DNA from: an uncultured Alphaproteobacteria bacterium
GTDB lineage: Bacteria > Pseudomonadota > Alphaproteobacteria > Rhizobiales > Rhizobiaceae
Length of the DNA stretch: 64,000 nt
Direction of reading: 5' to 3'
NCBI GenBank assembly: GCA_963848975.1
Contig: CAWKFT010000016.1
Span: 338,115-402,114, forward strand
The notes under the pieces were generated by a model, which saw only the letters and a program-made list of their open reading frames with translations, made no database searches and was not told the DNA's origin. This document shows positions 55,708 to 64,000 of the stretch, piece after piece; the stretch's first letter is position 1; each line of letters begins with the position of its first letter. The translations under genes and the position numbers were made by a program.

Positions 55708-56289
55708 TTATCGCGCCTCTCGTCGATTTGCTCGCAAATGAGGATCGCCATTCGAAGCCCAGCTTGCGCGCGTGAGGCGGTGCACCAGACAGTCGTCTTC
55801 CCCGAACGAACGTCTCCCTTCGGGCATGAAGCCAAGTCGTCGGTAGAATTTGTGGGCGCGTACGTTGCTTGCGAGAGGATCGATGACGATGGCTGTCACG
55901 CTGGGATCCGAAAAGCACATCTGGAATGCCAGCCGCATCATGGTCTCGCCATACCCCTTTCCGAGGTCTTCTGCGTCTCCTATCCAGATGTCGATAGCCC
56001 TCAGATTGGGCTCGATTTCGCCCCAGTAGTGCGTTTCCTCCGTATGGGGATCGATGACTTGCATCGCCCCTATGGGTCGGCCATCGCGTTCAGCGATGAA
56101 GTACTGGCTGTCTGGGGCCACCCTTGCAAGTGCGTCTGGCCAATAGTGCTTTTCGCCAAACGCCTTGGTCTGACCCGGGTCATCGCTGGTGGCCGCGATG
56201 ACGTGAGGTTGCCTATCCCAAATAGCCAGGATGGGGACGTCCGACAGAGTCATTTTCCGCAATGCTATTTTTGGATCGAGTTGACGCAT
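55708..56289 (-). CDS. GNAT family N-acetyltransferase (aminoglycoside 6'-N-acetyltransferase-like)
   Basis: LRKMTLSDVPILAIWDRQPHV...IDIWIGDAEDLGKGYGETMMRLAF...IDPLASNVRAHKFYRRLGF. Intact. Confidence 0.85.
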   Translation of the reverse strand: MRQLDPKIALRKMTLSDVPILAIWDRQPHVIAATSDDPGQTKAFGEKHYWPDALARVAPDSQYFIAERDGRPIGAMQVIDPHTEETHYWGEIEPNLRAIDIWIGDAEDLGKGYGETMMRLAFQMCFSDPSVTAIVIDPLASNVRAHKFYRRLGFMPEGRRSFGEDDCLVHRLTRASWASNGDPHLRANRREAR

Positions 56290-56401
56290 TCACTGAAGTG
56301 CCATCGAAAGGCTGCTGCCGGACCAAACTTCGACAAGAAATCTTCGTCCGCGGCGTGGTAGCATCGCCAGTGCGATTTCAAATTGGTTGGGAACGATTGT
56401 C

Positions 56402-57256
56402 ATGCTCAATCCGATCTCCATCATGGCCGACCGGCTCGGCGACCACGTGTCGGAACTCTATCTCCAATATTTTTCGCATCGCAATCCGGAATATGCGAGT
56501 TACATGAGCGGGGCGGCTCGCCTTGTTTTGGAGCGCATCGGCAATTCGAACGCGCTCTATCATAACATCGAGCATACGCTCATGGTCACGCTGGCCGGGC
56601 AACAGATCATTCGCGGCCGACTGCTTTCGGAATCCCTGACGCCCGATGACTGGCTGCACTATACCTGCGCGCTGCTGGTCCACGATATCGGCATGGCGCG
56701 CGGCGTGTGCGACGGCGACACCGACGACAGCATCGTCATGAACGAGGCCGGAGACCGCTTCACGCCCCCGCGCGGCGCCTCCGACGCAGTGCTTGCGCCC
56801 TATCACATTGACCGTGCCAAGATCTATGCGCGCCAACGTTTTACGTCCTCGAAGTTCGTCGACGAGGAGCGCATCGTCGCGGCGATCGAGATGACGCGCT
56901 TTCCGGTGCCGAACGACCCGGCATACCAGGCCACCAACACCGAGCCGGCGTTGGTCAGAGCCGCCGACCTGATCGGCCAACTCGCCGACCCCTTCTACCA
57001 TCGCAAGCTGACCGCGCTTTTTGCCGAGTTTTCTGAGATCGGGATGACGGAAAAACTTGGCTGCAGGAACTGTGCTGATCTCGGCGCAATTTTCACCGAC
57101 TTCTACACGCTGCAGGTCGAGCCTTATATCGGTGACGCCCTCCGCTATCTGGAGCTGACCACGGAGGGCAAGCAGTGGATCGCCAATCTCCACAGCAACC
57201 TCTTCCAGTCTGGGCATCGCCCCGCCAGGATCGGGCCTTTCCCGGGCAGCCATTAG
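56402..57256 (+). CDS. HD-domain metal-dependent phosphohydrolase
   Basis: YHNIEHTLMVTLAG...ALLVHDIGMARG (H...HD motif). Intact. The track ORF starts at TTG 56387. Confidence 0.85.
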   Translation: MLNPISIMADRLGDHVSELYLQYFSHRNPEYASYMSGAARLVLERIGNSNALYHNIEHTLMVTLAGQQIIRGRLLSESLTPDDWLHYTCALLVHDIGMARGVCDGDTDDSIVMNEAGDRFTPPRGASDAVLAPYHIDRAKIYARQRFTSSKFVDEERIVAAIEMTRFPVPNDPAYQATNTEPALVRAADLIGQLADPFYHRKLTALFAEFSEIGMTEKLGCRNCADLGAIFTDFYTLQVEPYIGDALRYLELTTEGKQWIANLHSNLFQSGHRPARIGPFPGSH

Positions 57257-57349
57257 GCCCGCTAGAAAGCGCCCAATTGGGAACAGAAATAGGAACGACG
57301 GGCAGTTCGACTAGAATATAACGCAGAATCAGAGGTTAGCTAGCCCAGC

Positions 57350-57440
57350 TGGCGGAGAGAGGGGGATTCGAACCCCCGATACGGTTTTGCCGTATACACA
57401 CTTTCCAGGCGTGCGCCTTCAACCACTCGGCCACCTCTCC
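57350..57440 (-). tRNA. tRNA-Ser (anticodon GGA), CCA encoded
   Basis: GGAGAGGTGGCCGAGTGGTTGAAGGCGCACGCCTGGAAAGTGTGTATACGGCAAAACCGTATCGGGGGTTCGAATCCCCCTCTCTCCGCCA. Has a 7-bp acceptor stem, anticodon loop CT-GGA-AA, a long variable arm, and a GGGGG/CCCCC T-stem with a TTCGAAT loop. Confidence 0.95.
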
Positions 57441-57604
57441 GCGGGCGCCTTCGCCGCGAGGGCGGCAGCGCCGGGGCTCATCTAGTCGATGAATCGGCAA
57501 AAGCCAAGGCGCCCGCCGGCATTTCTGTCGACGGCGGCGGCGGTGGATTGCCTGGCGACGCGGCGCGCCATATGTCTGGCAGGCGAGCCCCTCGAGGTCC
57601 GACC

Positions 57605-57928
57605 ATGGTGAAACTGCTCTTCCGCCTGCTCGCCAGCCTGGCGCTGGCCGTCGCCACCATCATGGCGGTGACCGACGCCACGCGTTCCATCGCCGCCTCG
57701 GCGCTGGTCACCACGCCGCTCATCGAAAGCTGGGCCGCCGTGCTGCCGGACCAGCTCGCCTGGGCCGAGCAGAGCGTGCGCGGCCATCTCGGCCAGGCGG
57801 CCTGGGACCCGCTGCTGCTCGCCGTGCTGAGGCTGCCCGGCTTCGTCGTCTTCGGCGCCCTGGCGCTGCTTCTCTATGCGATCGGCCACAGGCGGCGGCG
57901 GCCCGCCGACTTCGCTCCCGAAGCGTGA
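57605..57928 (+). CDS. hypothetical membrane protein (107 aa)
   Basis: MVKLLFRLLASLALAVATIMAV...LLLAVLRLPGFVVFGALALLLYAIG within ORF 57548..57928. Confidence 0.65.
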   Translation: MVKLLFRLLASLALAVATIMAVTDATRSIAASALVTTPLIESWAAVLPDQLAWAEQSVRGHLGQAAWDPLLLAVLRLPGFVVFGALALLLYAIGHRRRRPADFAPEA

Positions 57929-57941
57929 GCCAAGGGCACAG

Positions 57942-58611
57942 ATGTTCTTCCTGAGCGACATGCTGAACCGCAAGCTCATCCTGCCCGGGCCAGGCGAGGC
58001 GCTGGCCGGCCGCGCAGCACCCGCCGCGCCGGCCGGGCGCCATTTCGTCAACGGTCGGCCGCTCGACGGTCCGTTTCCGCCCGGCAGCGGCAGCGTGCTG
58101 TTCGGCATGGGCTCTTTCTGGGCTGCCGAGCGCCTGTTCTGGCAACGGCATGGCGTGTGGGTCACCGCGGCCGGGTATGCCGGCGGCGAGACGCCGCACC
58201 CGACCCACCAGGAGGTGTCGACCGGCATGACCGGACACGCACAGGTGGTGCGGATCGTCTACGATCCCGCCCTGGTCGGGCTCGACGACCTGCATCGGCC
58301 TGTTCTGGGAGAAGCACGACCCGACGCAAGGCATGCGGCAGGGCAGCGACGTCGGCACGCCGTTCCGCTCGGCGATATTCACCGAGAGCGAGGCGCAGGC
58401 GGCCGCCGCGCTCGCCTCGCGCGAGGCCTACCAGAGGGCGCTCGGCGAGGCCGGGCGGGGCCGCATCACCACCGAGATCCGCCAGGTCCCGGCATTCTAC
58501 CTGGCCGAGGCGGCCCACCAGCAGTACCTCGCCAGGACCGGCTTTTCCCATGCGGCGCCGGTCGGCACCGGCGTCGCCTGGCCGTCTCGGAAGGGCCAAA
58601 ATTCCGCGTGA
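57942..58611 (+). pseudogene. MsrA-like (peptide methionine sulfoxide reductase fold) with substituted catalytic residues; one frame change near 58300
   Basis: MFFLSDMLNRK...VLFGMGSFWAAERLFWQ...[34 protein letters not shown]...DDL, then [28 protein letters not shown]...[13 protein letters not shown] (ORF 58333..58611). The fold motifs are kept, but the canonical GCFWG Cys is Ser. Confidence 0.8.
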
Positions 58612-58730
58612 ATTTTCCGCCGCGGCGTGCCAGATTGGCCGGCGAGCGGGTGGACAAGAGCCCGCCAGGCGTCGTCCGCGCGCCGATCGCGCGGCGGTCC
58701 GATTGGAAAAAACCGACAGGGGTGGATTAC

Positions 58731-59720
58731 ATGAAGCGTATCGTCCTCGGCCTTTTGGCCGCCACAGCGATGTCCGCCGGCGCCTTCGCCGCCGACATCA
58801 AGCCGGCGATCATCTACGATCTCGGCGGCAAGTTCGACAAATCCTTCAACGAGGCGGCCTATAACGGCGCCGAGAAGTTCAAGGCCGAGACCGGCATCGA
58901 GTATCGCGACTTCGAGATCCAGAACGACGCCCAGCGCGAGCAGGCGCTGCGCAAGTTCGCCGAGGACGGCAACAACCCGATCGTCATGGCCGGCTTCTCG
59001 TGGGAGGCGGCGCTGAAGAAGGTTTCGGCCGAATTCCCCGACCTGCAGTTCGCCATCATCGACATGGTGGTCGACGCGCCCAACGTGCGCTCGGTCGTCT
59101 ACAAGGAGCACGAGGGCTCCTACGTGGTCGGCGTGCTGGCCGCGATGGCCTCGCAGTCCAAGAAGGTCGGCTTCGTCGGCGGCATGGACATCCCGCTGAT
59201 CCGCAAGTTCGGCTGCGGCTATGTCGGCGGCGCCAAGGCGGCCGGCGCGACCGACGTCATCCAGAACATGACCGGCGACACGCCGGCGGCCTGGAACGAC
59301 CCGACCAAGGGCGGCGAGATCGCCAAGTCGCAGATCGACCAGGGCGCCGACGTGGTCTATGCGGCGGCCGGCGGCACCGGCGTCGGCGTGCTGCAGGCGG
59401 CGGCGGATGCCGGCAAGCTCGGCATCGGCGTCGATTCCAACCAGAACGGGCTGCAGCCCGGCAAGGTGCTGACCTCGATGGTCAAGCGCGTCGACGTCGC
59501 CGTCTACAACGCCTTCAAGGACGCCCAGGACGGCAAGTTCACGCCCGGCCTCAACAATCTCGGCCTCAAGGAAGACGGCGTCGGCTACGCCATGGACGAC
59601 AACAACAAGGCGCTGGTGACCGACGAGATGAAGGCGGCGGCCGAAAAGGCCAAGGCCGACATCATCGCCGGCACGATCCAGGTGCACGACTACATGTCGG
59701 ACAACGCCTGCCCCTATTGA
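58731..59720 (+). CDS. BMP family (basic membrane protein / nucleoside-binding) ABC transporter substrate-binding protein
   Basis: MKRIVLGLLAATAMSAGAFA signal peptide. IYDLGGKFDKSFNEAAYNGAEKF...GFVGGMDIPLIRKF...GIGVDSNQ. Intact. Confidence 0.95.
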   Translation: MKRIVLGLLAATAMSAGAFAADIKPAIIYDLGGKFDKSFNEAAYNGAEKFKAETGIEYRDFEIQNDAQREQALRKFAEDGNNPIVMAGFSWEAALKKVSAEFPDLQFAIIDMVVDAPNVRSVVYKEHEGSYVVGVLAAMASQSKKVGFVGGMDIPLIRKFGCGYVGGAKAAGATDVIQNMTGDTPAAWNDPTKGGEIAKSQIDQGADVVYAAAGGTGVGVLQAAADAGKLGIGVDSNQNGLQPGKVLTSMVKRVDVAVYNAFKDAQDGKFTPGLNNLGLKEDGVGYAMDDNNKALVTDEMKAAAEKAKADIIAGTIQVHDYMSDNACPY

Positions 59721-59750
59721 GGCAGTACGCCGACCGAGTTGATCGACATG

Positions 59751-59772
59751 CCGGAGGCGGGCGCGCCTCCGG
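59751..59772 (+). terminator. 9-bp GC-rich stem-loop after the BMP gene
   Basis: ccggaggcg-ggcg-cgcctccgg. Confidence 0.45.
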
Positions 59773-59994
59773 ACCGGCCGGCGGCTGGTAGGCCGCCCGC
59801 CTTGTCCCGGGTTTTGGCCCGTTGCTCACAGCAAATATGAGCACCCCAATTACCGATTCATGTTGCGCGTCATAACCAGGTTTTGCGACACTGGCTCAGC
59901 TCAGAAGTCCATGAGCCTGCGGGAAGCTCGTCCGGCCTGAGCCGGTTGTCGCACGGCCGCTGCGGCGCGTGCGCGGAGCTGTGGAGTTTGGGGG

Positions 59995-60249
59995 ATGCAG
60001 CATGGTTCTCGGCACTGGACGCAATCCGACATCGAGCGCCTCCGGGTGCTCGCCACCCGCCATGTGAGGCTGCGGGCGATCGCCCGCGAGCTCGGCCGCC
60101 CGGCCGGCTCGGTGCGCCTGCGCGCCTCGCTCGAAGGGATCAGCCTGTCGGCGGTCGGGCGGGACGTCCTGGCCCGCTGGTGGCCACAGGTGGAGGCCTT
60201 CCGCGCGGCGCGCGGCAGCCACCAGGCCGACGGCGGCTCACCTGCCTGA
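59995..60249 (+). CDS. hypothetical small protein with Myb/SANT-like helix-turn-helix
   Basis: WTQSDIERLRVLATRHVRLRAIARELGRPAGSVRLRASLEGISL. Confidence 0.45.
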   Translation: MQHGSRHWTQSDIERLRVLATRHVRLRAIARELGRPAGSVRLRASLEGISLSAVGRDVLARWWPQVEAFRAARGSHQADGGSPA

Positions 60250-60288
60250 TCTCGCGAACCAGCGAGCGGCTCTGCGAAGTCTGCCTGC

Positions 60289-60501
60289 TCACCAGTGCGG
60301 CGGCCGCGTCGCCTCGGGCCGCGGCGTCGCCTGCTCCTCCAGCGCGACGAAGCGCTGGGCAAGCGCGTCGAGCGTTTTCTCCAGACGTTCGATCACCGTC
60401 CATTGGCGGGCGATCTCGGCCGACAGCTCGTCGATCGTCCGCTCCTGCTCGGCAAAGCGCATTTCCAGCGTGGTGAGCCGGTCGTCGGCGGATGCGGTCA
60501 T
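60289..60501 (-). CDS. slyX: SlyX family coiled-coil protein
   Basis: MTASADDRLTTLEMRFAEQERTIDELSAEIARQWTVIERLEKTLDALAQRFVALEE. ATG 60501 within ORF 60289..60681. Confidence 0.8.
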   Translation of the reverse strand: MTASADDRLTTLEMRFAEQERTIDELSAEIARQWTVIERLEKTLDALAQRFVALEEQATPRPEATRPPHW

Positions 60502-60665
60502 GCGGGCCTCCAGGCGCCTGCGGCGCAACGGAAATTGACAAGCGGGCGCCGATTTGTCGAGAGTGGCGGCCAAGCCGCGCCGATTGGCAAGGGGAACGGC
60601 GGCATGGTAGGAAATTTGACCGACCGATAAAAATAGCGGGCCGCAACAACGGAGGGGGCCGGCCG

Positions 60666-62198
60666 ATGGCGGAACCTGCAATCGAGCTCATAGGCATCAA
60701 CAAGAGCTTCGGCGCAGTTCGCGCCAATCGCGACATCGAGCTCACCGTTCCCCGCGGCACCATCCACGGCATCATCGGCGAGAACGGCGCCGGCAAGTCG
60801 ACGCTGATGTCGATCCTCTACGGGTTCTACCAGGCCGACAGCGGCGAGATCCGCGTCAACGGCAAGCCGACGGCGATCAGCACGCCCAACGACGCCATCG
60901 CAGCCGGCATCGGCATGGTCCACCAGCATTTCATGCTGGTGCAGAACTTCACCGTGCTGGAGAACGTGATCCTCGGCGCGGAGGCGGAGGCGCTGCTCAA
61001 ATCCTCGATCGCCAAGGCGCGCTCCGAGCTGGAGCGGCTGGAGCGCGAGTACGGGCTGGAGGTCGACCCCGACGCGGTGGTCGAGGAGCTGCCCGTCGGC
61101 CTGCAGCAGCGGGTGGAGATCCTCAAGGCGCTCTACCGCGGCGCCGACATCCTGATCCTCGACGAGCCGACGGGCGTGCTGACGCCGGCCGAGGCCGACC
61201 ATCTGTTCCGCATCCTCAAGCAGCTCAAGGACCAGGGCAAGACGGTGGTGCTGATCACCCACAAGCTGCGCGAGATCATGGCGATCACCGACAACGTCTC
61301 GGTGATGCGGCAGGGCACGATGGTGGCGACGCGCGAGACGAAGAAGACGACGGTCGAGGAGCTGGCCGAGCTGATGGTCGGCCGCCGCGTGCTCTTGCGC
61401 GTGGAAAAGGGCGAGGCCAAGCCGGGCGCCGTCAAGCTTTCGGTGCGCAATCTGAGCGTCAAGGATTCGCGCGGCGTGCTGATGGTCGACGACGTGTCCT
61501 TCGACGTGCGCGCCGGCGAGATCGTCGGCATTGCCGGCGTCGCCGGCAACGGCCAGTCGGAGCTGATCGAGGCGATTTCCGGCATTCGGCCGGCGATTTC
61601 CGGCAGCGTCGAGCTCGACGGGCAGGCCATCGAGGTGGCGGGCTTCGCCGACCCCGGCGAGCTGCGCGACCGCGGCCTGGCGCATGTGCCAGAGGACCGG
61701 CACCATGTCGGGCTCGTGCTGCCGTTCCAGGAGAACGAGAACTCGATCCTCGGCTATCACGACCATCAAGACTACCTGAGAGGGCCGTTCCTCGACATCG
61801 ACGCGATCTGCAAGGATGCCGACGACAAGATCGCCAAATACGACATCCGCCCGGCAAACTGCCATCTGAAAACCGCCAACTTCTCCGGCGGCAACCAGCA
61901 GAAGATCGTGCTGGCGCGCGAGATGGAGCAGGATCCCGGCGTGCTGATCGTCGGCCAGCCGACGCGCGGCGTCGACGTCGGCGCCATCGAGTTCATCCAC
62001 AAGCGGCTGATCGCCATGCGCGACCAAGGCAAGGCGGTGCTCCTGGTCTCGGTCGAGCTCGACGAGATCCGCTCGCTGTCCGACCGCATCCTGGTGATGT
62101 TCGCCGGGCGCGTGGTGGGCGAGCGCGGTCCCGAGGCGACCGAAGGCGAGCTCGGCCTGCTGATGGCAGGCGTCGAGCGGCAGGAGGCGGCGGAATGA
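60666..62198 (+). CDS. ABC transporter ATP-binding protein (two NBDs) of the BMP/nucleoside importer
   Basis: MAEPAIELIGINKSFGAVRAN...[14 protein letters not shown]...LILDEPTGVLT...FSGGNQQKIVLAREM...VGQPTRGVDVG. Intact, 510 aa. Confidence 0.95.
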   Translation: MAEPAIELIGINKSFGAVRANRDIELTVPRGTIHGIIGENGAGKSTLMSILYGFYQADSGEIRVNGKPTAISTPNDAIAAGIGMVHQHFMLVQNFTVLENVILGAEAEALLKSSIAKARSELERLEREYGLEVDPDAVVEELPVGLQQRVEILKALYRGADILILDEPTGVLTPAEADHLFRILKQLKDQGKTVVLITHKLREIMAITDNVSVMRQGTMVATRETKKTTVEELAELMVGRRVLLRVEKGEAKPGAVKLSVRNLSVKDSRGVLMVDDVSFDVRAGEIVGIAGVAGNGQSELIEAISGIRPAISGSVELDGQAIEVAGFADPGELRDRGLAHVPEDRHHVGLVLPFQENENSILGYHDHQDYLRGPFLDIDAICKDADDKIAKYDIRPANCHLKTANFSGGNQQKIVLAREMEQDPGVLIVGQPTRGVDVGAIEFIHKRLIAMRDQGKAVLLVSVELDEIRSLSDRILVMFAGRVVGERGPEATEGELGLLMAGVERQEAAE

Positions 62199-63334
62199 GC
62201 ACGCCCTATGCCAAGCTGCCGGCCTGGGCCGACTACGGTCTGATCCCGCTGATCAATCTGTTCGTCGCCTTCGTCGTGGCGGGGCTGGTGGTGCTGCTGG
62301 TCGGCGAGAACCCGCTGCGCGCCGCAGTGATCCTGGTCGAAGGCGCCTTCGGCAACGGCCAGAACATCGCCTACACGCTGTTTTACGCCACCAACTTCAT
62401 CTTCACCGGCCTGGCAGTGGCGGTGGCCTTCCATGCCGGGCTGTTCAACATCGGCGGCGAAGGCCAGGCCTACATCGCCGGGCTCGGCGTGGCGCTGGTC
62501 TGCCTGTCGCTCGACGCGATCTTCCCGTGGTGGCTGACCTTCCCGGTGGCGATCCTCGGTGCGGCTGCGGTCGGTGCGCTGTGGGCGTTCCTGCCCGCCT
62601 ACCTGCAGGCCAAGCGCGGCTCGCACATCGTCATCACCACCATCATGTTCAACTTCATCGCCGCCAGCGTGATGGTCTACATGCTGGTCGACGTCCTCAA
62701 GCCGGCGGGATCGATGGCGCCGGAGACGCGCACCCTTTTGCCCGGTGCCCAGCTGCCGAAGCTCAACTGGCTGCTGGAGGCGTTCGGGCTGTCGGTGCGC
62801 TCGGCGCCGCTCAACATCTCCTTCCTGCTGGCGCTGGTGATGGCCGTGCTGGTGTGGGCGCTGATCTGGCGCACGCGGCTGGGCTACGAGATGCGCACCT
62901 ACGGCTTCTCCCCCAAGGCGGCGCGCTATGCCGGCATCTCGGAGAGCCGCATCATCGTCGTCACCATGATGATCTCCGGCGCGCTGGCGGGCATGATGGC
63001 GCTCAACCCGATCATGGGCGACCAGCATCGCGTCGCGCTCGACTTCGTTTCCGGGGCGGGCTTCGTCGGCATCGCGGTGGCGCTGATGGGGCGCTCGCAT
63101 CCCGCCGGCATCGTCCCGGCGGCGATCCTGTTCGGGATGCTTTACCAGGGCGGCGCCGAGCTGGCCTTCGAGATGCCGGCGATCAGCCGCGACATGATCG
63201 TCATCATCCAGGGGCTGGTGATCCTGTTTGCCGGAGCGCTGGAGAACATGTTCCGGCCGGCCGTGCAGGCGCTGTTCGCCTCGTTCAGCCCGCGCTCCGT
63301 CGGGCTGCCGGCACCGCGGCGGGAGGGCGCCTGA
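62195..63334 (+). CDS. ABC transporter permease
   Basis: ATGA overlap with the ATPase. Multi-TM 379-aa ORF (FNIGGEGQAYIAGLG...). Intact. Confidence 0.9.
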   Translation: MSTPYAKLPAWADYGLIPLINLFVAFVVAGLVVLLVGENPLRAAVILVEGAFGNGQNIAYTLFYATNFIFTGLAVAVAFHAGLFNIGGEGQAYIAGLGVALVCLSLDAIFPWWLTFPVAILGAAAVGALWAFLPAYLQAKRGSHIVITTIMFNFIAASVMVYMLVDVLKPAGSMAPETRTLLPGAQLPKLNWLLEAFGLSVRSAPLNISFLLALVMAVLVWALIWRTRLGYEMRTYGFSPKAARYAGISESRIIVVTMMISGALAGMMALNPIMGDQHRVALDFVSGAGFVGIAVALMGRSHPAGIVPAAILFGMLYQGGAELAFEMPAISRDMIVIIQGLVILFAGALENMFRPAVQALFASFSPRSVGLPAPRREGA

Positions 63335-64000
63335 TGGACGCGCTGATCCAGCTGCTCGACGCCACCATCCGCGTTTCGGTGCCGCTCCTGCTCGCCTGCC
63401 TGGCGGGGCTCTATTCGGAGCGGGCGGGCGTCTTCGACATCGGGCTGGAAGGCAAGATGCTGGCCGGCGCGTTTGCCGGCGCCGCTGCCGCGGCGGTCAC
63501 CGGCTCGGCCTGGCTCGGCCTCGTCGCGGCGATGCTGATCGCCGTGCTGCTGGCGATGGTGCACGGCTTCGCCTCGATCACCCATCGCGGCAACCAGATC
63601 GTCTCCGGCGTCGCCATCAACTTCATCGCCGCCGGCTCGACCATCATCCTCGGCCAGGCCTGGTTCAGGCAGGGCGGCCGCACGCCGGCGCTCTCCGGGC
63701 CGGCCCGCTTCAGCGCCATCGAGCTGCCCGGCGCCGAGGCGCTGCGCGGCGTGCCGGTGCTCGGCACGATCTACTCGGAGCTCATCTCCGGCCATTCGCT
63801 GCTGGTCTACGTCGCCTTCCTGATGGTGCCGTTCACCTGGTGGGTGCTGTTCAGGACGCGCTTCGGGCTGCGCCTCCGGGCAGTCGGCGAGAACCCGGCC
63901 GCCGTCGACACGGCCGGTATCTCGGTGGCCTGGCTGCGCTATCGCGCGTTGATCTGCACCGGCATCCTGACCGGCGTCGCCGGCGCCTACCTGTCGGTCG
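63334..64000 (+). CDS. ABC transporter permease (second), 5' part; runs off window end
   Basis: ATG overlaps the previous TGA by 1 nt (TGATG). MDALIQLLDATIRVSVPLLLACLAGLYSERAGVFDIGLEGKML... is open to 64000. Not in the track because no stop is reached. Confidence 0.85.
   Translation, partial: MDALIQLLDATIRVSVPLLLACLAGLYSERAGVFDIGLEGKMLAGAFAGAAAAAVTGSAWLGLVAAMLIAVLLAMVHGFASITHRGNQIVSGVAINFIAAGSTIILGQAWFRQGGRTPALSGPARFSAIELPGAEALRGVPVLGTIYSELISGHSLLVYVAFLMVPFTWWVLFRTRFGLRLRAVGENPAAVDTAGISVAWLRYRALICTGILTGVAGAYLSV

Overview
High-G+C alphaproteobacterial chromosome segment, probably Hyphomicrobiales/Rhizobiales (MucR/Ros, DUF982, a pca gene set, an Irr-type ICE box, EcfG-type promoters). I saw no rRNA, CRISPR array, transposase or integrase. 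The content is mostly metabolic and transport genes. In order:
- an iron cluster (imelysin, bfd, bfr, DUF1111 di-haem protein, second imelysin-like gene) with an ICE palindrome upstream
- mucR plus small general-stress proteins
- a LacI-regulated sugar-acid ABC importer with gluconokinase
- protocatechuate genes pcaCHGB and pcaIJF, divergently arranged
- a translationally coupled operon: ROK regulator, sugar ABC importer, SDR, GNAT, two SAM-methyltransferases
- a DUF899 / coiled-coil / DUF4242::class III cyclase operon
- a lower-G+C islet holding a 1045-aa cyclase-STAND-TPR protein, a small orphan ORF and a lytic transglycosylase
- a Dpp-type peptide ABC operon with an embedded S9 peptidase
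- a cNMP-binding patatin phospholipase
- tRNA-Ser(GGA) next to a lower-G+C gene group
- an MsrA-like gene whose catalytic residues are all substituted
- a BMP-family ABC importer.

Three window-wide observations:
1. 28 loci need one or more frame changes to give their homologous full-length product. Most shifts I could phase are single extra bases, so I call these loci pseudogene, but sequence error is the more likely cause.
2. Four exact GGAAC-N16/17-CGTT (EcfG general stress sigma) promoter matches sit 29-43 nt upstream of start codons.
3. Several plausible ORFs shorter than 60 aa are missing from the supplied track.

Many long ORFs in the track are antisense or shadow ORFs typical of high-G+C DNA and were not called. 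All coordinates and motifs were read by eye. No searches or computations were run.
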